Notes under the pieces: model-generated
Databases searched by the model: none
Told to the model about the DNA's origin: nothing
What the model saw: the letters and a program-made list of their open reading frames with translations, nothing else
Part shown: positions 20,567-29,151 of the stretch, piece by piece
Position numbering within the stretch: position 1 is the stretch's first letter
How the letters are laid out: the number at the start of each line of letters is the position of its first letter
Assembly: GCA_035499075.1 (NCBI GenBank)
Contig: DATJZN010000024.1
Coordinates: forward strand, 19,549-83,548
Origin: Myxococcota bacterium
GTDB lineage: Bacteria; Myxococcota_A; UBA9160; SZUA-336
Length of the DNA: 64,000 nucleotides
Direction: 5' to 3'
Program-made: the position numbers and the translations under genes

Positions 20567-22333
20567 CTAGAAGTTGAAGTTCATGTACAGGTACCCGGTG
20601 ATCCAAGTGGCGGAGCCGTTCACCGCTTGCGTGAAGCCCTTGTTGGGGTTGGCCATGCCGACGGTCGCCGTGATCGACCACCAGTTCGTCATGGTGATGT
20701 CGAAGATGAGATCGACTTCGTCGGCCAGCGCGCGGCTGCTCACCGCCGACGGCGTCAACCCGAACGACTGGTTCCGGTTGTCGAGCAGGAAGCGGTAGTA
20801 GATCAAGTTCGTGGTGAGCCAGTCTCTCGGCTTCACCGTGAGACGCACCTGGTGCGATAGGAGATTGCTGTTCGACAGCACGTACTCGCCCAGGACCTCG
20901 CCCTGGAACCACGAGCCCCAGTCCGGAAGCCCAGTGAACAGCCCGTCGAACGCGTGCGTGCCGCCGCCGCTGAAGGACGCGTAGCGGTAGCCGAGCTGCG
21001 GCGTCCACGCGACCTGCGAGAGCTGGTACGCCGCGCCCGCGTACCAGCCGTACGCCGCCGAGAGACCCGACGACTCGGCGTTGCTCTCGCGCACGAAGGA
21101 GGCCTTGTACGAGAAGTCGGGCAGGAACGGGAACGGGTTCGCCTCGGTGTACACGTACGCGCCGTTCATGCCGTCGCGCGTGGCGATCCGCGAGTTGTAG
21201 ATGTGGAAGTACATGAAGCCGAGCTTCAGGTGCTTCATGAAGAAGTCGTCGGTCGCCCACTCCATGCGCTCGCCGAACAGCTCGGTGTTGGTGCTCGGAT
21301 GGTCGTTGTACTTCAGGTGGAAGGCCTCGAGCGTCAGCTCCTTCAACGTGAGCTTCGCGATCGCGGTGGCCTTGAACGCCTTGCGCGCCGACAGCCAGTT
21401 CGCGCCGCGGCCCGAGCAGTCCTGCCCGCCGTCCCAGAACAAGAGGCCATCGAACACCTGGTAGTTCTGGTTGCCGCCCGAGATCTCCAGCGCGTTGTGG
21501 CCGAGCTTGGGAAAGAGGTCGGCCGACTTCCACGCGAGATACGCGCTCTCGAGCGTGTAGTCACTCGTGGTGCCGTGCGCGTTGCAGACGGGGCCGTCGG
21601 GCTGGCTCGCGGTCATCGAGAAGATGCCGGAGACGCGGCCCTGCACCGTGCCGAACGCGTCCTCCGGACCGAGCCCGATGCGCGCGTTCAGGCCGGCCTC
21701 GTTCGAGTGCTCGAACCAGAAGTCGGCCTTGTCCACGGGCCCGAACGACCACTTCCCCCCGAAGCCGGGGTTGCCCTGGCCGGGGATGTACATCTGCAGG
21801 TTCAACGTCGGCTCGAGGTAGAGCGGCCCGAGCCCGATCTCGCCGAAGCCGAGCGTCTGCGGCAGGCGCGCGTGCTCGTCCGCCGGCGGACCGCCGGCCT
21901 CGCCCACGGTGAGCGTGATACCGCGCGGGCCGAAGCCCAGCGAGAAGCCCGAGCTCGTGCCCTTCATCTCGATGCGCACGCCCTTGTCGTTGCGCATCAC
22001 GATCACGCCCGCGCCGCTGCCGACGGTGAGGCCCGTCGACACGCCGGTGAAGTCGCCGTTCAGGTCCTCCGCCTTCGTGAGCCCGGTGACTTCGCCCTCG
22101 GCCTGCATCGACGCGGCGCCCACTGCGCCCAGCACGAAGCCGTCGACGCGCACGGGGTAGGTCTTGCCCTGGAACTCGAGCGTCGAAGCGCCCCAGCTGA
22201 AGCCGACGCCGACCGTCGCGGTCTTGCCGCGGAACGTGATGTGGCCCGCCGAGGCCGCGGGCGCCTGCGCGTGCGCCTGCGCGGCGAACGAGAGCGCGAG
22301 CGCCAAGCTCGCGACGAACGCGCGGCGGCTCAT
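20567..22333 (-). CDS. Outer-membrane beta-barrel protein (porin-like) with an N-terminal periplasmic domain
   Basis: Signal peptide MSRRAFVASLALALSFAAQAHA. Residue-by-residue composition is Gly/aromatic-rich, typical of beta strands. The C-terminus ends ...YLYMNFNF, an aromatic terminal residue. Confidence 0.6.
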   Translation of the reverse strand: MSRRAFVASLALALSFAAQAHAQAPAASAGHITFRGKTATVGVGFSWGASTLEFQGKTYPVRVDGFVLGAVGAASMQAEGEVTGLTKAEDLNGDFTGVSTGLTVGSGAGVIVMRNDKGVRIEMKGTSSGFSLGFGPRGITLTVGEAGGPPADEHARLPQTLGFGEIGLGPLYLEPTLNLQMYIPGQGNPGFGGKWSFGPVDKADFWFEHSNEAGLNARIGLGPEDAFGTVQGRVSGIFSMTASQPDGPVCNAHGTTSDYTLESAYLAWKSADLFPKLGHNALEISGGNQNYQVFDGLLFWDGGQDCSGRGANWLSARKAFKATAIAKLTLKELTLEAFHLKYNDHPSTNTELFGERMEWATDDFFMKHLKLGFMYFHIYNSRIATRDGMNGAYVYTEANPFPFLPDFSYKASFVRESNAESSGLSAAYGWYAGAAYQLSQVAWTPQLGYRYASFSGGGTHAFDGLFTGLPDWGSWFQGEVLGEYVLSNSNLLSHQVRLTVKPRDWLTTNLIYYRFLLDNRNQSFGLTPSAVSSRALADEVDLIFDITMTNWWSITATVGMANPNKGFTQAVNGSATWITGYLYMNFNF

Positions 22334-22746
22334 TGCTCGACGCCGCTGCCGGGGCCGCCGCGCGAGACCTTCGGCTGCATGCCGGCCTGGATCGCGATCT
22401 CGAACCCGTCGGCGCCGAACGCGAGCGGCGGGTCGAACTGGATGCGCACCCCCGACTCGTTCTGCACCACGGCGCCCGTGCCCTTGTACTTGCCTTCGAT
22501 GTCGCGCGGCCGCGCGAGCCCGAACACCGCGCCTCGAGACTCGGCGGTGCTATTGACACCACGCAGTGTCACGAGGACGTCGCGATCGCGGAACGTCAGC
22601 ACGCCCTCCACCAGGTGGCCGAAGCTCGAGCCCGCGGTCGCGGGCGACACGCGGAGGGTCGCAGTGGACGCATCGCCGCCACGCGCCGCGGGGGCGAACG
22701 AGAGCAACAGGAGAGCGCAAGCGGAGACCGAGGCGAGGCGCGACAT
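22330..22746 (-). CDS. Small secreted protein paralogous to the N-terminal domain of the downstream porin
   Basis: Signal peptide MSRLASVSACALLLLSFAPAARG. The sequence GVRIQFDPPLAFGADGFEIAIQAG is similar to GVRIEMKGTSSGFSLGFGPRGITLTVG in the porin N-terminus. The 4-nt ATGA stop/start overlap with the porin gene suggests translational coupling. The ORF in the track starts further upstream at 22875. Confidence 0.45.
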   Translation of the reverse strand: MSRLASVSACALLLLSFAPAARGGDASTATLRVSPATAGSSFGHLVEGVLTFRDRDVLVTLRGVNSTAESRGAVFGLARPRDIEGKYKGTGAVVQNESGVRIQFDPPLAFGADGFEIAIQAGMQPKVSRGGPGSGVEQ

Positions 22747-22825
22747 TCGTCTCTCCGATTCGGTTTCGCTTCGAGCATAACAGGAATCTCGTGCGCGGAG
22801 CGCGCGCGTGACGCTTTGGTGTGTG

Positions 22826-24094
22826 CTAGACGCGCGTGCCGCGCGTCTCGGGCAGGAGCCACACCCACGCCGCACCGAACAACGCGAAGAACGCCGCGAG
22901 GGAGATTCCGCCCGCGAGACCGTAGCGCTGCGCTACGCGCGCGATTGCGAGCGGTGTCACGAACTGTACGCCGCGCGCGAGATTGAACGCCGCGCCCATC
23001 GCCGTGTTCCGCACTTCGGTCGGGAAGAGCTCGGTGAAGATCGGACCGTAGCCGGAGAAGCTCCCCGTGCCCACGCCGACCAGGAACATGAAGCACAGCG
23101 TGAGTCCCGGCCAGCTCGAGATCGCGCCCCAGAACCACGTGACGGCGAGCAGCCCGATCGCCCACACCACCGAGAAGCCCGAGTATGCGACGCGCCGGCC
23201 GAGCCGATCCGCCGCGAAGCCGAAGCCGAGGTAGCCGAGGAAGCCGCCCGCCTGAGTCACGAGCAGCCACTCGCCCGACTTCGCCATCGAGAGTGACAGC
23301 TGGTCGTAGAGATACTTCGGCAGCCAAGTGTACGTGAACCAGTACGCCGACATGCCGCACAGCGCGAGCACGAACCCGAGCGCGAAGCGCCGCCGCAGCA
23401 CCGGCACGGACGCGAGCTCCGCCACGCGCGCGCGCACGCTCGGCGGCGCGGCGCCGCGCTGCGCGAGCCACACGTCGGACTCCGGCATCGAGCCGCGGAT
23501 CACCACGACGAGCAGCGCGGGCAGAGAGGACAGGAAGAAGCAGGCGCGCCAGCCCCAGTCCGGCCCGAGCGAGCTCTCGAGCGCGGGCGCCGCGAAGCCG
23601 CCGACCAACGCCGCGAGCGCGATGCCGAGCGGCGCGCCCGTCTGCATGAGCGCCGCGTAGCGCGCGCGCGTGTGCGGCGCGAACGTCTCGCCGATCAGCG
23701 TCTGGCCGGTCGCCCACTCGCCGCCGACGCCCAGGCCGGAGAGCACGCGGAACGCGAGCAGCGACCACGGGCCCGCGGCCGTGCCGCACAGGAATGCGCC
23801 CAGCGAGTACACGAGGATCGTCCACGACAGCACGCTGCGGCGACCGAAGCGGTCCGCGAGCGCGCCGAAGACGATGCCGCCGAGCGCCGTGGCGGAGAGC
23901 GATGCGCCGAGCAGGAGCGAGAGCGCCGTCTCGTCCAGCCCGAGCGAGCGCTGGATCGGCACGAGCAGGAACGAGAACAGCATCAAGTCGTAGAAGTCGA
24001 ACAGCCAGCCCGCCCAGCACATCGCGAGGATCCACCAGTGCTGGCGCGTCGGGCGCTCGCTCTCGTTCAACAAGCTCGGGGTTCGGGTCGCCAC
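22826..24094 (-). CDS. Major facilitator superfamily transporter
   Basis: 12-transmembrane hydropathy pattern. MFS motif GALADRFGRRSVL in the loop between TM2 and TM3. A GTG start is inferred just upstream of the first transmembrane segment (HWWILAMCWAGW). Confidence 0.7.
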   Translation of the reverse strand: MATRTPSLLNESERPTRQHWWILAMCWAGWLFDFYDLMLFSFLLVPIQRSLGLDETALSLLLGASLSATALGGIVFGALADRFGRRSVLSWTILVYSLGAFLCGTAAGPWSLLAFRVLSGLGVGGEWATGQTLIGETFAPHTRARYAALMQTGAPLGIALAALVGGFAAPALESSLGPDWGWRACFFLSSLPALLVVVIRGSMPESDVWLAQRGAAPPSVRARVAELASVPVLRRRFALGFVLALCGMSAYWFTYTWLPKYLYDQLSLSMAKSGEWLLVTQAGGFLGYLGFGFAADRLGRRVAYSGFSVVWAIGLLAVTWFWGAISSWPGLTLCFMFLVGVGTGSFSGYGPIFTELFPTEVRNTAMGAAFNLARGVQFVTPLAIARVAQRYGLAGGISLAAFFALFGAAWVWLLPETRGTRV

Positions 24095-24139
24095 GGGGAA
24101 TGGATCGTACTTCGCGCGGGCGCGCGGTAGAGTCGTCGC

Positions 24140-25390
24140 GTGCCGGGGTCGGTCGGGGAGACGAGCGCGGAGCTGCGGACCGCGTCGCAGAGCGACGTGG
24201 GCCGCGCGCGCCGGGACAACCAGGATGCGTTCGGCGAATTCACGGGCGCGGGCGGCGAGCGCCTGCTCGTGGTCGCGGACGGCATGGGCGGGCACGTGGG
24301 CGGCGCCACGGCGAGCCGGATCTGCGTCGAGACGCTCGGCGCGGCGCTCGAAGACGCGGAGGGCCGGCCCGAGACGCGGCTCGCGCGCGCTCTCTCGCTC
24401 GCGAACGCGCGCATCCGCGAGGCGGCCGAGCGCCAGCCCGAGCTGGCGGGCATGGGCACGACGGCGGTCGCGCTGCTGTTCACGACGCGCGGCACGGCCT
24501 GGCTCGGCTGGGTCGGCGACAGCCGCGCGTACCGGGCGCGCGACGGCGAGCTCGAGGCGCTTTCGAGCGACCACTCCGTCGTGGCCGAGTGGGTGAAGGT
24601 CGGCATCCTGCAGCCCGACGAGGCCGAGCACCACCCGCGGCGCAACGAGCTCCTGCGCGCGCTGGGCGCGAGCCCGGACGTCGAGCCCGAGCTGCGCGAG
24701 CTGCAGGTGCGCGCGCGCGACCGGTTCCTGTTGTGCACGGACGGGCTCTCGGCGGTCGTCCCGAGCGAGGAGATCCGCGCCGTGCTCGCCTTCGAGACGC
24801 CCGAGCTCGCGGTGAAGAAGCTCGTCGCCATGGCGAACGAGCGCGGCGGTCCCGACAACGTGACGGTCACGATCGCCGAAGCGGCGGAGGCGACCGCGCG
24901 CCCCGCCGCGCTGGCCGCGGCGCCGCGGCGCTCCGCGCGGGCGCTGCGCGCGCTCCTCGCCGTGGCGGCGGCCATCGCGGTCGGGCTGTTCGCCACCATC
25001 CTGTATGCGCTCGCGCACGGCGGCGGCGGGCTGCCCCCGAAGCCGGCGCCGGCCCCCGCTGCCGCGCGGGCGGCCCCGAGCGAGGCCGACCTGCTCCGCT
25101 TCATCGACGACTGGGAGGCCGCTGCCAACGCCCACGACGCGCCGCGGCTGCGCGGGCTCGGCTTCGAGCTCACGCCCGAGTCGCTCGAACGCGACTTCCC
25201 ACGCGACGGCGGGCGACTCGACGTGACGTTGCTCTCGCAGCAGCCGCTGGCCGACGACCTGTGGGGGCTCCGGCTCCGGCTGGCCTACACACATCCGGGT
25301 CGGGCGGGCGTCGAGCGCCACGAGGTCGAGCGGGCGATCCTCGTGCGCGCGAGCGCGGGCGCCCTGCACTACGCGGGCGCTTGGGAGTAG
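24140..25390 (+). CDS. PP2C-family Ser/Thr protein phosphatase with a C-terminal transmembrane segment and extracytoplasmic domain
   Basis: Motifs RRDNQDAF, VADGMGGH and LLCTDGLS. A transmembrane segment LRALLAVAAAIAVGLFATILYALA follows the catalytic domain. Confidence 0.8.
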   Translation: MPGSVGETSAELRTASQSDVGRARRDNQDAFGEFTGAGGERLLVVADGMGGHVGGATASRICVETLGAALEDAEGRPETRLARALSLANARIREAAERQPELAGMGTTAVALLFTTRGTAWLGWVGDSRAYRARDGELEALSSDHSVVAEWVKVGILQPDEAEHHPRRNELLRALGASPDVEPELRELQVRARDRFLLCTDGLSAVVPSEEIRAVLAFETPELAVKKLVAMANERGGPDNVTVTIAEAAEATARPAALAAAPRRSARALRALLAVAAAIAVGLFATILYALAHGGGGLPPKPAPAPAAARAAPSEADLLRFIDDWEAAANAHDAPRLRGLGFELTPESLERDFPRDGGRLDVTLLSQQPLADDLWGLRLRLAYTHPGRAGVERHEVERAILVRASAGALHYAGAWE

Positions 25391-25435
25391 CCGGTCCGCG
25401 CGGGCCTGAGATATCCTCGAAGGGCGGAGGCCGGG

Positions 25436-26038
25436 TTGGATTTCCATCGGATCTTCGATCGATTTCGCAGCGGGCGCTCGCGCAACCGCGGCGTCCGCCG
25501 CGCGTCTCCGCGGCCGCGTGACTCGCGCACCGACACCGAGTTCGTGCACACCGGGCCGCCGAGCTACCCGCCGCTCGCGCCGAGCCACCCGCCCGTGCCG
25601 CCGGTCGCGCCGCCGCCGGTCGCGCCGCCGCTGCCGGAGCCCGTCGTGCCGCGCGCCGCTCCCGCGCAGCCGGCGCAGCCCGCGAGCGACGCGGGGGCCA
25701 CGCGCATCCTGTCTCTGCCGGTGTCCGCCCAGGGCGCCGTCGCCGCCGTGTTGATCTGCATCGAGGGCAAGCTCGAGGGCGAGGTGTACAAGGTGCGCGA
25801 CGGCGAGAACCGGCTCGGCCGCGCGCCGGGCGCCGAGATCCGCCTCGACGACCGCGACGAGACGGTCTCGCGCGAGCACGCGCTCATCATCCACCGCGAC
25901 GGCGCGTTCGGCATCAAGCCGCTCAAGACCGACAACCCCACGTTCGTGAACGGCGAGGAAGTCGAGGGCGGCGCCTCGCTGTCGGACGGCGACCAGATCC
26001 GGGTCGGCCGCAGCACCTTCCGCTTCCGGGTCGCGTAG
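25436..26038 (+). CDS. FHA-domain protein
   Basis: C-terminal FHA fold: RLGRAPGAEIRLDDRDETVSREHALIIHRDGAFGIKPLKTDNPTFVNGEEV...IRVGRSTFRF. The N-terminal half is Pro-rich and low-complexity. Confidence 0.7.
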   Translation: MDFHRIFDRFRSGRSRNRGVRRASPRPRDSRTDTEFVHTGPPSYPPLAPSHPPVPPVAPPPVAPPLPEPVVPRAAPAQPAQPASDAGATRILSLPVSAQGAVAAVLICIEGKLEGEVYKVRDGENRLGRAPGAEIRLDDRDETVSREHALIIHRDGAFGIKPLKTDNPTFVNGEEVEGGASLSDGDQIRVGRSTFRFRVA

Positions 26039-26040
26039 CC

Positions 26041-27369
26041 GTGCGGCGCGCCGCCGCGCCCCGGCTGGTCGCCGCCGCGCTCTTCCTGGCAGCGCTCTCC
26101 GCGCGCGCCGCGGACACGGGCGGCGAGCTCGAGTTCAAGCAGACCGAGCGGCTCTTGCTGGACGACGTGTTCCCCGAGCCGGGCGGCGAGCGCGCGGTCG
26201 AGCTGCACTTCCGCGCGCTGACGCACAATGGTGTACCCGTGAAGGGGCTGCGCCCCGCCGACGTCGGGCTGTGGCAGGACTCCGACCGCATCGACTCGAA
26301 GTCGCTGTCGGTCGAGACGCTCGCGCAGTCGGGTCAGGGCGTGACGTGCGTGCTCGCGATCGACGCGTCGGGCACGATGCGCGGCGACCCGTTCGACCGC
26401 GCGAAGGAGGCCGCGCTCGCCTTTCTCGATCGGCTGCAGCCCGGCGACCGCGTGGCGGTGGTCACGTTCGCAGAAGACGTGAAGGTCGCAGCCAGCTTCG
26501 AGCTGTCGCGGCCGGAGACGCGCCAGGCGATCTCGGGGCTCGCGATCGACCTCGAGCGCAGCCAGCACACGCTCCTGTACGACGGCGCGGTGCAGGCGCT
26601 CGACCTGATCCGCTCCGCGCGCGGCGTCCCGCGCACGGCCTTCGTGCTGCTCTTCAGCGACGGCCGCGACGGCGGCAGCGACAAGACGCGCGACGCCGTG
26701 ATCGCGCGCGCGCGCGGCGAGGGCGCCGAGCCGCACATCCTGATCTTCAGCCTGGGCTACGCGCGCTTCGGCGGCGAAGGGCTCGACGAGATGCGCCGCA
26801 TCGCGGCGGACTCGGGCGGCGAGTTCATGCAGGCGGAGTCGATGGTCCACCTGCGCGACTTCTTCGACGCCATCGCGACGCAGATGCTCGAGAGCTACGT
26901 GGTCCGCTTCCCGGCTTCGCTCGACGGCGCGGAGCACCGCGTGCGCATCGAGGTCGACGAGAAGAGCGCGGAACGCAGCCTCGTGTACCCCTCGTTGGCG
27001 CGGCCGCTCTGGCCGTGGCTCGCGGCGCTCGGCGTGTTGCTCGCGGCGGCCGCGCTCGTGCTCGCGCTGCGCGCGCGCCGGCCTGCGGGCCGCATCGCCG
27101 TGGTGTCGGGCGCGAAGGCGGGTCTCGTGTACGACCTGCCGTCCGGGCGCACGCGCATCGGCGCGCTCGACGACAACGACATCGTGCTGCTCTCGGGCGC
27201 CGTGTCGCGCTACCACGCCGAGATCACCGCGCGCGGCAGGCGCGTGTCGATCGCAGACCTGCGCTCGAAGAACGGCACGCGCGTGAACGGCCAGGTCGTC
27301 TCCGAGAGCCCGCTGCGCCCCGGCGACCGCATCGCGATCGCAGACGTGGAGATGGTCTACGAGCGCTGA
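26041..27369 (+). CDS. Signal-peptide, vWA domain, TM, FHA domain protein
   Basis: The vWA MIDAS motif is VLAIDASGTM...DRVAVVTFAED...LLFSDGRD. A transmembrane segment WPWLAALGVLLAAAALVLAL follows. The C-terminal FHA is RIGALDDNDIVLLSGAVSRYHAEI...NGTRVNG. Confidence 0.75.
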   Translation: MRRAAAPRLVAAALFLAALSARAADTGGELEFKQTERLLLDDVFPEPGGERAVELHFRALTHNGVPVKGLRPADVGLWQDSDRIDSKSLSVETLAQSGQGVTCVLAIDASGTMRGDPFDRAKEAALAFLDRLQPGDRVAVVTFAEDVKVAASFELSRPETRQAISGLAIDLERSQHTLLYDGAVQALDLIRSARGVPRTAFVLLFSDGRDGGSDKTRDAVIARARGEGAEPHILIFSLGYARFGGEGLDEMRRIAADSGGEFMQAESMVHLRDFFDAIATQMLESYVVRFPASLDGAEHRVRIEVDEKSAERSLVYPSLARPLWPWLAALGVLLAAAALVLALRARRPAGRIAVVSGAKAGLVYDLPSGRTRIGALDDNDIVLLSGAVSRYHAEITARGRRVSIADLRSKNGTRVNGQVVSESPLRPGDRIAIADVEMVYER

Positions 27370-27652
27370 GCTGGTTGCGAGTGCCGCGTGCGCGAATCAC
27401 CCGGAGCGCGCGTCCGCCGAGTCTCTGGGCGCGCGCGCGTACTGCGCCGAGTGCCGCGACGCGCTCGCGCAGCTCGCCCCCGCACTGGACACACGCGCGC
27501 GCCCGGCGCGCTGCTTCGCGCGCTGGCTCGGCGGCGCGTGGCGCGCGCTGGACTCGGGCGCGGCCGCACACTGGCTCGCGCACGAGCTCGGCCGGCGCGC
27601 GGCGCCGGGCCGGCCCGCGTGCGCCGCGGGCTTCGCGGTCGACCGCGCCGAC

Positions 27653-27871
27653 GTGGTCGCAGCGCGCAAAGAAGTGAAGGGAGCGCCCCCGCGCGCCGGG
27701 GACCTCTGGCTGGATCTGGACCCCGAGGGCTGTGGAATCGTTGTGATTTCCCGGCCCGACGAGGCCCGCGGATTCGCCATCCTGATCCGCCACCTGCAGG
27801 CCCTGCCTGCGCGAGAGGTGCACTCGGACTTCTACCTCGAGCTGGGCGGCCGCGGGCGCTTCTTTCGCTAG
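27653..27871 (+). CDS. Hypothetical small protein, possibly the 3' part of a longer CDS spanning 27362..27871 that lacks a canonical start
   Basis: This frame is stop-free from 27362. The third-position GC is about 85-90% throughout, which is coding-like for this genome. The translation ...DLWLDLDPEGCGIVVISRPDEARGFAILIRHLQALPAREVHSDFYLELGG has a balanced composition. The only ATG/GTG candidate is the GTG at 27653. Confidence 0.3.
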   Translation: MVAARKEVKGAPPRAGDLWLDLDPEGCGIVVISRPDEARGFAILIRHLQALPAREVHSDFYLELGGRGRFFR

Positions 27872-28026
27872 TCGCGTACGGCCGTAAGTGCTCGTGCAAC
27901 CAAGGGGAGTTCAGTGCGTGCGAGCCGGGATTTCGGCTTGACTCTGCGCGCGCAGCGATGCTCTACTAGCGCCTCCCGCCGGCTGGGTCGCCACAATCCT
28001 GTGTCGCCCCATCCCCTACCAGCGGA

Positions 28027-29139
28027 GTGCGCTCTTTGCCTGAGCTCGAGGCGCTCGTTCTCCCGATCGCGGGTGCGGCGCCCGCCGGACCGAACCTCCG
28101 GCTGGCGCCCGGCGACGTGGTATTCGAGCGCGTGCAGGCCGGCCGCAGCGAGGTGCTGCCCGAGGTCGATCCCGGCGGGGTCGGGCGCGCGGCCGACTGG
28201 CCCGCGGTCGCGCGCGAGTGCGAGGCGGCGCTGCGCGAGAAGACCAAGGACCTCGAGCTCGCGGCCTGGCTCGCCGAGGCGTGGGCGCGCCTGCACAGCT
28301 TCGAGGGACTGCGCGACGGGCTGCGCCTGGTGGGCTCGTTGTGCGATTCGTTCTGGGACGGCCTGCACCCGGGGCTCGACGACGGCGTGCTCGACCTCGC
28401 CGTGCGCGCTCGGCCGCTCTCGTGGCTCGGCAGCTCGCGCAACATGCTGCGCACGGTCAACGCGTGCGCGCTCGTGCCCGTGCCGGGCAAGAACCCGCTC
28501 TCGTTCGAGGACTTGAAGCTCGCGCAGATGTTCGACGAGAAGGCGCTGCTGCCGGACAAGCGCCAGCACCAGGAGCTCGTGGCGCGCGGGCTGTTCGGCA
28601 CCGAGGAGTGGCGCGCGCGCCTGCGCGCCGCGCCCGCCGAGGCGCTCACCGCCGTACACAATTCGGTGTCGGAGTGCCAGGCCGTCCTCGCGGGGCTGCG
28701 CGAGCAGATCGCCAAGCGCTTCCCCGAGGGCGACGCGCCGAACCTGGTGCCGCTCGCGGAGCTGCTGGCCGACGTGGAGGCGCAGCTGGACATGCACGTC
28801 GAGAAGCCCGCCGCGGCCGCGGCGGAAGCCACGTCCGAGGCCGCCGCCGCACCGGCGAGCGCCTCCGCCGCCGCGGCGCCCGCGCCCGCGCGCGGACCCA
28901 TCGCTTCGCGCGACGAGGCGCTGCGCGCGCTCTCGCTCGCCGCGGACTACTTCCGCAAGCACGAGCCCCACAGCCCGATCGCCGCGCTGGTCGCGCGCGC
29001 CGTGCGCTGGGGCAGCCTGCCGTTCGAAGCCGTGCTGCGCGAGGTCGTGCAGGACGAGGGCGCGCTCGCGCGCGTCTGGAACACGTTGGGAATCGAGAAC
29101 CCGGGCGGCGCCGCACCGGACGCCGCCAAGAAGCGCTGA
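28027..29139 (+). CDS. tssA: Type VI secretion protein TssA (ImpA N-terminal domain)
   Basis: ImpA_N-like N-terminus LPELEALVLPIAGAAPAGPNLRLAPGDVVFERVQ. First gene of the tss operon, immediately upstream of tssB. Confidence 0.75.
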   Translation: MRSLPELEALVLPIAGAAPAGPNLRLAPGDVVFERVQAGRSEVLPEVDPGGVGRAADWPAVARECEAALREKTKDLELAAWLAEAWARLHSFEGLRDGLRLVGSLCDSFWDGLHPGLDDGVLDLAVRARPLSWLGSSRNMLRTVNACALVPVPGKNPLSFEDLKLAQMFDEKALLPDKRQHQELVARGLFGTEEWRARLRAAPAEALTAVHNSVSECQAVLAGLREQIAKRFPEGDAPNLVPLAELLADVEAQLDMHVEKPAAAAAEATSEAAAAPASASAAAAPAPARGPIASRDEALRALSLAADYFRKHEPHSPIAALVARAVRWGSLPFEAVLREVVQDEGALARVWNTLGIENPGGAAPDAAKKR

Positions 29140-29151
29140 GGAGAGCCAGTC

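Noticed and set aside
22596-24035. 479-aa minus-strand ORF overlapping the MFS transporter gene.
   Set aside because: It is an alternate frame of the MFS gene (22826..24094). It has Arg-rich composition and no transmembrane pattern.
27388-27969. 193-aa plus-strand ORF and the minus-strand ORFs 27224..27823, 27357..27899 and 27397..27780 in the vWA-FHA to tssA gap.
   Set aside because: They are extremely Arg-rich and overlap one another. Only the frame-2 plus-strand ORF (27362..27871) has a coding-like GC3 and composition, so the others are treated as noise.
28656-28669. Identical 14-mer acacaattcggtgt in tssA (28656-28669) and in the CocE gene (55270-55283), with a related caacacaat at 56540.
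   Set aside because: With about 4x10^9 strand-aware position pairs in 64 kb versus 4^14 possible 14-mers, several chance 14-mer matches are expected. Both copies are inside unrelated coding sequences, and there is no flanking similarity.
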